Part shown: positions 30,921 through 39,889 of the stretch, piece after piece
How the letters are laid out: each line of letters starts with the position of its first letter
Position numbering within the stretch: the first letter of the stretch is position 1
Source of the DNA: Myxococcaceae bacterium JPH2
GTDB lineage: Bacteria > Myxococcota > Myxococcia > Myxococcales > Myxococcaceae
Assembly (NCBI GenBank): GCA_016458225.1
Contig: JAEMGR010000010.1
Coordinates: 59,969 to 123,968 of the forward strand
Reading direction: 5' to 3'
DNA length: 64,000 bases
Notes under the pieces: generated by a model
What the model saw: only the letters and a program-made list of their open reading frames with translations
Database searches by the model: none
Told to the model about the DNA's origin: nothing
Program-made: the position numbers and the translations under genes

Positions 30921-33119
30921 TCAGCCCTGCTTGTCGCTCTTGGGCTGTCCGTCCGCGTTCACCAGCGCCTTGAGGTTGCTCGCGGCGGAGGCGGTCGGGT
31001 TGACGTTCATGCGGTTGAGCAGCGAGGCCACGGCCAGGTTCTGCACGTCGTTCGTCAGACCGGGCTTGGAGAGGATCTCCTTGATGTCCGACGGCAGGTC
31101 CTTCTCACCGGAGAGGTAGCCACCCAACGCCTTCTTGAGCGACTCGCTGTGGTCCAGCGCGCCGTCCACCGAGGAGCCGAAGGAGACCGCCTTGACGAAG
31201 CGCTCGAAGAACTCGCCGTCGCCGCCGACGATCTGGAACTTCGCGTTGGCGAGCGCCTTGGAGAGGACCTCCGCCTGGGCGTGGGCGATGTCCTTGCGCA
31301 CGCGGATGGACTCCAGCTCCACGTCGCGCTCCTTCTGGAGCCGCAGGCGGAACTCCTCGTGCTCGCGGCCCACGCCGTCCAGGGCCTTCATCGCGGCGGC
31401 CTTCTCGGCCAGACCGCGCGCCTCGGCCATGAGCTTCTCCTGGATGGCGGCGGCCTCCGCGAGCAGCTTCTCCTTCGTGGCGAACGCCTCGGCCTCGCCG
31501 CGCTTGTGGATGGCGCTGGCCTCGGCCTCCTGGATGCGCGCGCTCACCATGCCCTTCTCCTGGGCACCGGCGGCCTCCGCGAGCAGCCGCTCCCGGACGA
31601 CCACGGCCTGGGCCTGTCCCTGCTTCTCGATGGCGCTGGCCTCGGCCTCCTTCACGCGCACCTGCGCCATGCCCTGCTTCTCGGTGGCCACCGCGTCCGC
31701 CTCGCGCACCCGCACGTTCGCGAGCCCCGCCGCGGCCGCCTCGGCCTGGACGCCCTCGGCGAGCCGCATCTTCGCCTTGGCCGTCTTGTCCGCGGCCTCG
31801 AGGTCCGCGTCCGCCAGGGTGAGCTTCTCGCGCGCGGTGAACTTCGCCACGTCCGCGCTCGTCTCCGCCGCCTTGAGATCCTTGACCAGCTTCTCCTGGG
31901 CCTGGCCCTCGGCGGTGATGACCAGCGCGTCCTTCTTGCGGCGCGCCTCGGCCGTCACGCGCAGGTCCTTGATGCGCTCCTCCTCCTCGGCCACCGTCTT
32001 GTCCACGGCGACGCGGGCGCGCACCACGTCCGCGATGAGCTTCTTCTCGCCCTCGACGGCCTTCTCCTTGGCGATGCGCTGCAGCTCCGTCTCACGCTCG
32101 CGGTTGATGGCCTCCAGGGCGCGGTCCTTCTCCACGCGCTCGGCCTCCACGCCCACCACGCGCTCGCGGTTCTTCTGGGCGACCTCCACCTGCCGAGACT
32201 TGTTCTGCTCGGTGATGAGGATCTCCTCCTCGGCCTTGATGCGCGCCAGCTCCGCCTTGGCGTGCTCCTCGCTCTTCACGCGGTCGGCCTCGGCCGTCTC
32301 GCGGGCCTGGATGCTTTCGATCTCGCGCTTCTGCTTCGCCGCGGCCTCCTGGCGCTGACGCTCCAGCGCGAAGATGGCCTCATCGGCCTCCACGTTGCGC
32401 TTGGTGACGGCCATGCGCTCGCTCTGGCGCAGCTCGTTGGTGAAGACGTTCTGCTCGGTGGTGAGCTGGGTGATCTTCCGGATGCCCTGCGCGTCGAGGA
32501 TGTTGTCCTTGTCCAGCATCTCGACCGGGGTCTGCTCCAGGAAGTCGATGGCGCAGTCCTCCAGCATGTAGCCGTTGAGGTCGCGGCCGATGACGCGGAC
32601 CACCTGGTCCTTGATCTCCTCGCGCTTGGTGTAGAGCTCCTCGAAGTCGAAGCTCTTGCCCACCGTCTTGAGGGCCTCGGAGAACTTGGCCTCGAAGAGG
32701 TTCTCCAGCGTCTCCTGATCGCTGGCGCGCGCGCACCCGATGGACTGGGCCACCTTGAGCACGTCCTCGCGCGTCTTGTTCACGCGCACGAAGAAGGTGA
32801 CCTTGATGTCCGCGCGGATGTTGTCCTTGCAGATGAGGCCTTCCTTGCCGCGCCGATCGATCTCCACCGTCTTGAGCGAGATGTCCATCACCTCGGAGCG
32901 GTGCACGATGGGCAGCACCACGGAGCCGGTGAAGGTGACGACGGGCTCGCTCTTCAACGTGTTGACGATGAGCACCTTGCCCTGGTCGACCTGCCGATAG
33001 AACTTCGCGACCGTGACGAAGATGCCGAAGAGGATGATGACTCCGCCACCGATGATTGCGACCAGCGTGATGGGATCCATGGCCTTTCCTGTGAAGTGAA
33101 TGGGCGGGCCTTGTACCAA
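30921..33119 (-). CDS. Flotillin-family SPFH protein (YqiK/FloT-like)
   Basis: N-terminal TM helix, SPFH/Band 7 domain, and a long Glu/Ala/Lys/Arg-rich coiled-coil region with EA repeats; C-terminal region typical of YqiK. The start may be the internal Met of MDPITLVAII (33080). Confidence 0.85.
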   Translation of the reverse strand: MVQGPPIHFTGKAMDPITLVAIIGGGVIILFGIFVTVAKFYRQVDQGKVLIVNTLKSEPVVTFTGSVVLPIVHRSEVMDISLKTVEIDRRGKEGLICKDNIRADIKVTFFVRVNKTREDVLKVAQSIGCARASDQETLENLFEAKFSEALKTVGKSFDFEELYTKREEIKDQVVRVIGRDLNGYMLEDCAIDFLEQTPVEMLDKDNILDAQGIRKITQLTTEQNVFTNELRQSERMAVTKRNVEADEAIFALERQRQEAAAKQKREIESIQARETAEADRVKSEEHAKAELARIKAEEEILITEQNKSRQVEVAQKNRERVVGVEAERVEKDRALEAINRERETELQRIAKEKAVEGEKKLIADVVRARVAVDKTVAEEEERIKDLRVTAEARRKKDALVITAEGQAQEKLVKDLKAAETSADVAKFTAREKLTLADADLEAADKTAKAKMRLAEGVQAEAAAAGLANVRVREADAVATEKQGMAQVRVKEAEASAIEKQGQAQAVVVRERLLAEAAGAQEKGMVSARIQEAEASAIHKRGEAEAFATKEKLLAEAAAIQEKLMAEARGLAEKAAAMKALDGVGREHEEFRLRLQKERDVELESIRVRKDIAHAQAEVLSKALANAKFQIVGGDGEFFERFVKAVSFGSSVDGALDHSESLKKALGGYLSGEKDLPSDIKEILSKPGLTNDVQNLAVASLLNRMNVNPTASAASNLKALVNADGQPKSDKQG

Positions 33120-33206
33120 GGCCCCGGAGTCCCCCGCGAAAGCGCTCCGGAGCGAGTTGTCACATCGGCCCGACAGTCGGGTCGTGACGCGAAACGATTC
33201 AAGGAC

Positions 33207-33989
33207 TCATCGCGCTCGAACCCGGGCGCGAGCCAAGGCCTGGGCCTCGCTGGGATTCCCCAGGCGCGCCGCTTCCTCGGGCAGGAGCCAGTCCACGGGC
33301 TCCACTTCGTAGACGTCTCGGCTGGCGTCGTAGCCGAGGATGAGCGCGGGCTCGCCGCGCTTGAGCGTGTTGGCCTTGGCGCAGACGATGTTGAGGATGA
33401 GGCCCGCGCCACCATCCTCGAAGGTGCCGTGGCCGAAGCGCTCCGTCACGGAGCCGCTGGAGACGACGCACACGCGGCCCATCAGCGCTTCACGCCCCGG
33501 GGCCCGCTTGGCCACGAAGACCGGCCGCAGCGGCCGCACGAGCACGCTCGCGACCAGCGTGCCCGCGATGAAGCACAGCAGCCCCAGCCCCGCGCTCACC
33601 AGCGCCGAAGGCAACGCGCTCAGCGCCGCGTGCACCGCCTGCCCGCTCGCCACCGACAGCGCCCAGGACAGGAAGACGACCAGGCTCACCGACACCGTCA
33701 CCGGAATCCCACTGAAGCCCAGCAGTCCGAAGAGACCCGCGGCCGCCTCCGCGTCATCGAGGTGCGAATGCGACGCGTCCCCGTGTCCCGCCACCGCCTT
33801 GGCCCCACCCTGGATCGCGCCCCCCACCGCCTTGGCCCCGGACTCCACGTCCAGGTGCACGTCGCCATCCAGCACGTCGATGCCCACGGCCCCGATGATG
33901 ACGAACAGCCAGTAGCTCAACACCACCCCGAGCAGGATGGTGAAGACGGCGGTCGGAAAGGCCAGCAGGGCTTCGAGCAACGCGCTCAT
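33207..33989 (-). CDS. NfeD/YqiJ-like membrane protein (flotillin partner)
   Basis: Start at MSALLEALLAFPTAVFTILLGVVLSYWLF. Several TM helices followed by a C-terminal soluble beta (OB-like) domain (…GRVCVVSSGSVTERFGHGTFEDGGAGLILNIV…). It lies directly upstream of flotillin, as in yqiJ-yqiK and nfeD-floT pairs. Confidence 0.7.
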   Translation of the reverse strand: MSALLEALLAFPTAVFTILLGVVLSYWLFVIIGAVGIDVLDGDVHLDVESGAKAVGGAIQGGAKAVAGHGDASHSHLDDAEAAAGLFGLLGFSGIPVTVSVSLVVFLSWALSVASGQAVHAALSALPSALVSAGLGLLCFIAGTLVASVLVRPLRPVFVAKRAPGREALMGRVCVVSSGSVTERFGHGTFEDGGAGLILNIVCAKANTLKRGEPALILGYDASRDVYEVEPVDWLLPEEAARLGNPSEAQALARARVRAR

Positions 33990-34123
33990 TCGGCTCGGTG
34001 GTGGAAGGAGGTAGGAGTCGCAACGAACTCTAAACGACCACACCGAGAGAGAAAAACGCGAGCGGTCGCTTTTCCGGCGGCTTGGCTGACCCGTCACCGA
34101 GGCATCTGGAATAGCCTTGCCCC

Positions 34124-34855
34124 GTGCGCGACTTCGTGACTCGGCGCAATGCCTTCTCCAATAACGAACGGGTCGCCCTGCGCGATGCCTTGCTGGGTTC
34201 GCGCTTCGTGGCGCGCAGCCCGCTCATGGGGACGTTCCGCGCCAGCCGCGGCTTCGCGTTCATCTTCACGCACGAGGGGCGCGCCGCGCTCGAGCAGCGC
34301 TTCCCCTTCCTGGGCACCTATCTCTCGCGCGTGCTCGATCCCGAGAGCGCGCGCGGACTCTGGCCCTGGCGAGAGCGGTGGTGGGGGCCGCGCGCGGATC
34401 GCCCGCGCCCCAACGCGTACTACCTGAACCTGCTGCTGCTCGACGCGGGCACCGAGGTGGGCCGCCACATCGACGCCACGCTGCAGGATCCCAGCGGCGT
34501 GCCCGGCGCGATGCCCGAGCATGTCAGCGTCCTGTATCTCCAGTTCCCGGAGAAGGCACGCGGCGGCGCGCTGCACCTCTTGCGCGACGATCGCTCCGTG
34601 GGCGAGGTGAAGCCCCGACCCGGGATGCTGGTGCACTTCCGAGGCGACCTCCAACACGAGGTGCGCCCCTTCACGGGCGGTGGTCCGGGCGAGCAGCGAG
34701 CGAGCCTCGTCTGTGAGCAGTACGCCTTCGCACCCGAGGCCCTGGCGCGGCTGCCCACGCTGCGCATCCAGTCCAAGGCGGGCTTCGCTGCCTACTTGGA
34801 TGCCCAGCGCGAGCGGCCCGCCGACGCGCGCGCTGAGCTCCAGCAGGAAGAGTGA
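34124..34855 (+). CDS. 2OG-Fe(II) oxygenase superfamily protein
   Basis: HxD…H facial triad candidates (VGRHIDATL … LVHFRGDLQHEV) and a C-terminal RxS-like region. Confidence 0.55.
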   Translation: MRDFVTRRNAFSNNERVALRDALLGSRFVARSPLMGTFRASRGFAFIFTHEGRAALEQRFPFLGTYLSRVLDPESARGLWPWRERWWGPRADRPRPNAYYLNLLLLDAGTEVGRHIDATLQDPSGVPGAMPEHVSVLYLQFPEKARGGALHLLRDDRSVGEVKPRPGMLVHFRGDLQHEVRPFTGGGPGEQRASLVCEQYAFAPEALARLPTLRIQSKAGFAAYLDAQRERPADARAELQQEE

Positions 34856-34935
34856 GGCGCGGCGTGCCTCCTCGCCCTCGGAACGACCCACGCGCGTGAG
34901 TTGCCCGAGCCCTCGCGGCCCCCAACCCTTGTGCG

Positions 34936-35157
34936 GTGGGACGACGCGCGGAGAGCACGAGCATGGCCAGGAAAAAGCTTCACGAGGGCTACGGAGAGAC
35001 GAGCGAGCAGCGTCAGCGCCACCTGGAGGGTGACAACTTCTCCGAGCGGGCGCCGCAGACGCCCGAGGAGTTGGACGAAGTCCGCAGCGCGTCCGACGAT
35101 CCCCACGAGGTGGTCACCCTGCATCCACTGGCCCCGGACATCCCCCCCGAGGAATAG
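34936..35157 (+). CDS. Small acidic hypothetical protein (73 aa)
   Basis: Intergenic ORF with a GGAGAG 6 nt before the ATG. No recognisable domain. Confidence 0.3.
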   Translation: MGRRAESTSMARKKLHEGYGETSEQRQRHLEGDNFSERAPQTPEELDEVRSASDDPHEVVTLHPLAPDIPPEE

Positions 35158-35229
35158 CGGCGGACATGGGGCGCGCGGGGACACGATGGCTCGTCCCCAC
35201 GCTGGCCCCGGCGCTCGCGCGCGGTCCGC

Positions 35230-37119
35230 CTAGAACTGCCCCGTGAGCCTCACGTTGGAGTACGTCGGGTAGCCCCGGAGCATCACGTAGAACGTCCCCG
35301 CGGTGCTCCTCGGCGCCATGAAGCACACCTCACTGCTGCCGTTGAGGTACGGGCGGCAGTCATACGCATCCGACGTGGGCGCGGCCCCGAACCGCACGTA
35401 CAGGTCCGCATCCCCCGTGCCGCCGGTGATGGCGAACGTCACCGGCGTGTTGGCCGGCACGTCCAGGCTGTACAGCGTGCCGTGGCCGATCTCGGAGTCC
35501 GAGCCGGTGACGCTCTCGCCGTTGACCAGCGCGATGGATTCAGGCGGCGGGAGCACGACGCCCACGCCCACCGCGTCCCACGCGGCCTTCACCGCGTCCT
35601 GCGTCGCCTGATCGTAGCCAAGGTCCGCGGCGGCCAGCATGGTCCACGCCCGAGCCTGCTCGAAGGTCGTCAGCTCCGAGTAGAAGACCGTGTTCGCGTA
35701 GTACCAGATGTGCGCCGCCTTCTCGACGCCGATGCCCGGCACCTGGACGGTGGAGCGCCCGCGCGGATGCGTGCCGCCCTTGGAGAGCAGCGCGAACGCG
35801 AGGTTCGGAATGCCCGACGAGTAGTGCGGATCCGTCCCCGAGCTGAAGTCCGGCGCGTAGTCGAGCGAGTCCCCATCCGCGAACGGGTCATCCATGTAGC
35901 GAAGCGCATCGCCCGGAACCGCGGGCGTCCAGATGTCCTCGCCAATCTTCCAGATGTCCGCGTCGGTGCTCCACGTGCCCGACTTCCAGCTCTCGCACAC
36001 CGCGCTGAACGTGTCGGACATGGCCTCGTTGAGCCCCCCGGACTGGCCGAAGTAGAGGAGGTTCGACTCGTTCTGCGTGACAGCGTGGGTGAGTTCATGG
36101 ACCGTGACGTCGCCATCGCGCCCCAGCGGCCCCGAGTTCACGCCGTCTCCGTCGCCGTACACCATCTGCTCGCCGTCCCAGAAGGCGTTCACGAAGTTGA
36201 AGCCGTAGTGCACCGAGCTGACGTACGTGTGGCCCTCGTTGTCATACGAGTCGCGGCCGAAGTTCTCCTGGTAGCACCGGTACGTGTACCCGAGCATGTC
36301 GAAGTTCGTGTCGGCCGTGGTGTCGCCGGTGGGCGCGTCGGCCTCGGCACGCATCAGCTCGCCCGGCAACAACAGGCCGTGCCCGTCATAGACCTCGCGG
36401 TTCAGCGCGGAGTGGATCTCCGGCACGCGCAGCAGCACGGCGCCATCCGCCGCGCTCACGTAGACGCGATCGCGCAGCGGCATGCCCTCGCCCTGCCCCA
36501 CCACGCGCGTCTCCCACGCCAGGCGAAGCTGACCGTCCTCGGTGCGCAGGTACACCAGCCGAGGCGTCCCCTTCAGCGAGAGGTCCGTGCCGTGCGTGGC
36601 GCGCAACGCCGCCGCGCTCGCGCTGGAGGCCGCCACGCTCGGACGCGCGGACAGGTTCACCCCATCCCGCGCCGAGCCGTTCGCCATGTACACCGTGCCA
36701 TCCCGACGGACGTGCACGAGGAGGTTGCCGCCCACCACCTCGAGCCCGTTCTTCGTCTGCTGGTAGCGCAGGTGCTCATTGCCCTGGGCATCCGTGCTCG
36801 CCTTGCGGAACACCAGGTCCTTCGGACTCAGGCGGAACACCGGAGCCACCGCGGCGAGCGCGGGCGCCAGGGACTGCTCCGCGGACAGGCCCGCGCGGCC
36901 TCGCTCCACGTGCGCCAGCTCTCCACGAATCGTGTCGGGGATGACGCCCTCCACCTGCGTCCCCAGCACCTTCGCGCCCCCGAGCGCACCCAGAGCGGAG
37001 CGGATGTCCTCACCCGAGGTCCCCGGCTTCGCGCGCGGGGCTTCGTCCCCACAAGCCGCGAGCGACAGACCCAACCACGCCATCCCCAACACCTTCCAAT
37101 ATCGATGATCCAACGCCAT
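35230..37119 (-). CDS. M4-family (thermolysin-like) zinc metallopeptidase, secreted/lipoprotein, with C-terminal PPC-like domain
   Basis: VTVHELTHAVT…GGLNEAMSD is the M4 HExxH + E(xxx)D site. FTP/PepSY-like propeptide. C-terminal beta-sandwich (…GDADLYVRFGAAPT…). Signal …MAWLGLSLAACG. Start Met uncertain (37119 chosen; GGAGG is too close to it). Confidence 0.8.
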   Translation of the reverse strand: MALDHRYWKVLGMAWLGLSLAACGDEAPRAKPGTSGEDIRSALGALGGAKVLGTQVEGVIPDTIRGELAHVERGRAGLSAEQSLAPALAAVAPVFRLSPKDLVFRKASTDAQGNEHLRYQQTKNGLEVVGGNLLVHVRRDGTVYMANGSARDGVNLSARPSVAASSASAAALRATHGTDLSLKGTPRLVYLRTEDGQLRLAWETRVVGQGEGMPLRDRVYVSAADGAVLLRVPEIHSALNREVYDGHGLLLPGELMRAEADAPTGDTTADTNFDMLGYTYRCYQENFGRDSYDNEGHTYVSSVHYGFNFVNAFWDGEQMVYGDGDGVNSGPLGRDGDVTVHELTHAVTQNESNLLYFGQSGGLNEAMSDTFSAVCESWKSGTWSTDADIWKIGEDIWTPAVPGDALRYMDDPFADGDSLDYAPDFSSGTDPHYSSGIPNLAFALLSKGGTHPRGRSTVQVPGIGVEKAAHIWYYANTVFYSELTTFEQARAWTMLAAADLGYDQATQDAVKAAWDAVGVGVVLPPPESIALVNGESVTGSDSEIGHGTLYSLDVPANTPVTFAITGGTGDADLYVRFGAAPTSDAYDCRPYLNGSSEVCFMAPRSTAGTFYVMLRGYPTYSNVRLTGQF

Positions 37120-37540
37120 GCCTCCGCGACCGACCACGCCAACCCAACAGGCACCGGGGCCACCCCGGGCCCTGCTTCTGGGAGAGCAACCTCTGGCGAT
37201 GCCGGTCCGAGAACTGAAGTGCGGAAGCAACGGGAACGTTGAACGAGGGACAGCGAGTCCCCGCCATCGCTCCCGCAATCAACAGCCGCTCCCCCCGCGC
37301 GGCGAGGGCAACTTCCAGTCCCTCACCTTCCGCCTCCCGCAAGGCGAAACATCCGCATGCAAATGCAAGCGCGTTCTTCCGAGCGCGGCGGTTCGTTGCG
37401 ATTTGATGATGACTTGTGTCCGGAAAATCCATCAATCATTGCATACGCAACTGAGTTGCCTGTTTCCCGGATACTTCGGTTGCGCAGGGCGTCCACGCCG
37501 GACGTCCGCCGCACACCCGAGTGTGACTCTGGAGGCAGAC

Positions 37541-39829
37541 ATGACGAGGTGGCATCTCCCGCTACGGCGTTCCCTGGGCGCCGTGACCCTGGCCGCGAGC
37601 CTCGTGGCGGGTTGCAGTGGCCCTGAGCAGACCCCGGCGGCACCCGCTCCCGAGACTCCCACCGCGGAGCTGAACGTCGCCCTGGACGAGGCGTTCGTCG
37701 CCATTCCGCGCACGGTGAGCACGGAGCAGCAGCAGGTGGTCCAGCAGAAGCTGGATGGCGCGGTGGAGGACTCGGGGCAAAGCTTCTACATCGCCATTCG
37801 CAAGAGCGAGCTGGCGCAGAAGTGGTTCCTGTCCGCGTTCCTCAAGCAGAACTTCCCCGGTGGCGTGAGCTACTCCGCGGCGTCCTCGCTGGGCACCCGC
37901 GTGGTGAGCTTCAAGGTGCAGAACGGGAAGCTCTTCGTCTTCGACGTGGATGACCGCAAGGCGAACAGCGACGTGTTCGATCCGCAGGTGCTCGTCGAGG
38001 CCTATCCGGTCGTCACGAACTACGACGCGTTCAACCGCACGCGCGGCTCGGATCAGTACGTGCTGTTCGATCCCACCGCGGGCCTCAACCACTTCGGGGT
38101 GGTGGGCGATCAGTTCGGCGAGTACGCGCAGCGCTTCCAGGTGGAGCTGAGCTTCGCGCAGCGCTTCCGTCGCATCGCGGACGGCGTCACCTTCGAGCAG
38201 GTCTTCACGGGCTACTCGGACACGCCGGACCCGGGCTCGGGCGACCTCCTGGAGAAGAACCAGTTCCGCACGTCCGGAACGCTGGGCATCGGCCTGCGCA
38301 AGTACGCCGAGGGCTCGGGCTACACGCCCACCGAGCTGCCGCCCCAGGAGTACTTCTTCCGCAGCGAGCCGCGCATCATCCCGAACACGGGGGCAATCAC
38401 CCAGACGGCCGCCAAGTGGAACGTGCACCCGGGCATGAAGCCCATCAAGTGGTACATCACGGACAACATCAAGGCCGTCCAGGCCGACCCGCGCTACGCC
38501 AACTACGACGTGGTGGCCGCGGTGAAGCGCGGCATCGAGAACTGGAACGCGGTGTTCGGCTACAAGGTCTTCGAGGCTGTCGTGGCCGACAGCTCGCTGG
38601 GCTTCGCGGATGACGACAAGAACGTCCTCATCTTCGATCCGGATGACTCCGTGGGCTTCGCGTTCGCCAACTGGCGCACCAACCCCAACACCGGCGAGAT
38701 CCGCGGCGCCAGCGTGTACTTCAACACGCTGTGGCTCGAGTACGCGGACTCCGAGCTGGGCGGCGGCGCGAGCGCCACGGCCAAGACCACCGCCAAGACG
38801 CAGCGCCCCACGCGCCTGACGTGGGCGGGCATGAAGTCCGACTCGCTCTGCGAGCTGGCGGCGCCGCAGTTCCGCCCGGACACCCGCGGCCGCGCTCCCG
38901 CCGAGAAGGCCGGGACGGCTTCCGCCGCGGCCACCGCGCTGACCAAGAAGCAGATCGTCGAGAACTACGTGACGCACGTGGTGCTCCACGAGGTCGGCCA
39001 CACGCTCGGCCTGCGCCACAACTTCGCGGGCTCGCTCGCGTTCGACGGCTCGCCGAGCACGCCGCGCTCCAGCTCGGTGATGGAGTACATCTACGATCCG
39101 GACGCGGTCTACGTCAGCACGCCCGGCCCGTATGACGTGCAGGCCATCCGCCTGCTGTACGGCCTGTCCTCGGACCTGCCCACGTACCCGTTCTGCACCG
39201 ACGAGGACACCGAGCTGGATCCGTACTGCCTCCCGTACGATCGCTACGACGACCCGCTCACCTACTGGGTCGGCCCGTATCACCAGCTCGTGCTCGACCT
39301 CATCCTCACGGGCAGCGCGTCGTACTCCGAGCTGGCGCGCGCCTTCGACTACTACGGCAACCGCGAGTTCGGCTTCATCCGCGCCGGAGACGCGGGCACG
39401 CAGGCCTACGCCTACGACATCGCCATGGCGCAGGTCCGTCCGCCGCTGGCCGTTCCGGACGACATCCCGGGCTACGGCGCGCGCGCCGACTTCCTCGCCA
39501 CGCGCATCCTGTCCCGCCTGTACCTGGATCCGGCCGCCGCGCGCGGCAGCTTCGTCAACAATCCGGCCAACACGCAGCCGCTGACGTCCATGGTCATCGC
39601 CGACCTGAGCGGCATCGTGCTCAACGTGGACGGCATCCGCAGCCCGGCCTCGCGCCGCACGGCGGTGGACATCCTGAAGACGCACCAGTCGCTGGCCGCC
39701 TACTCGGCCCTTCGCACCGCGAAGGACACCCTGGTGGCCCGGCTGCCCACGCTGAGCGGTGACGAGCTGCTGCGCACCGAGGACCTGCTGGCCCGCATCA
39801 ACGCGGCCATCTCGCCCTACTACCGCTGA
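37541..39829 (+). CDS. Met-zincin-type zinc metalloprotease lipoprotein (DUF4953-like)
   Basis: GGAGG lies 5 nt before ATG 37541. MTRWHLPLRRSLGAVTLAASLVAGCSG is a lipoprotein signal. Active site is VVLHEVGHTLGLRHNF with a downstream SVMEY (Met-turn). Confidence 0.8.
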   Translation: MTRWHLPLRRSLGAVTLAASLVAGCSGPEQTPAAPAPETPTAELNVALDEAFVAIPRTVSTEQQQVVQQKLDGAVEDSGQSFYIAIRKSELAQKWFLSAFLKQNFPGGVSYSAASSLGTRVVSFKVQNGKLFVFDVDDRKANSDVFDPQVLVEAYPVVTNYDAFNRTRGSDQYVLFDPTAGLNHFGVVGDQFGEYAQRFQVELSFAQRFRRIADGVTFEQVFTGYSDTPDPGSGDLLEKNQFRTSGTLGIGLRKYAEGSGYTPTELPPQEYFFRSEPRIIPNTGAITQTAAKWNVHPGMKPIKWYITDNIKAVQADPRYANYDVVAAVKRGIENWNAVFGYKVFEAVVADSSLGFADDDKNVLIFDPDDSVGFAFANWRTNPNTGEIRGASVYFNTLWLEYADSELGGGASATAKTTAKTQRPTRLTWAGMKSDSLCELAAPQFRPDTRGRAPAEKAGTASAAATALTKKQIVENYVTHVVLHEVGHTLGLRHNFAGSLAFDGSPSTPRSSSVMEYIYDPDAVYVSTPGPYDVQAIRLLYGLSSDLPTYPFCTDEDTELDPYCLPYDRYDDPLTYWVGPYHQLVLDLILTGSASYSELARAFDYYGNREFGFIRAGDAGTQAYAYDIAMAQVRPPLAVPDDIPGYGARADFLATRILSRLYLDPAAARGSFVNNPANTQPLTSMVIADLSGIVLNVDGIRSPASRRTAVDILKTHQSLAAYSALRTAKDTLVARLPTLSGDELLRTEDLLARINAAISPYYR

Positions 39830-39889
39830 GTCATCCTCCGAGCGGGCCGGAGTCCCTGGCCCGCTCGGAACCCTCGGGCGGAAGGCGCC

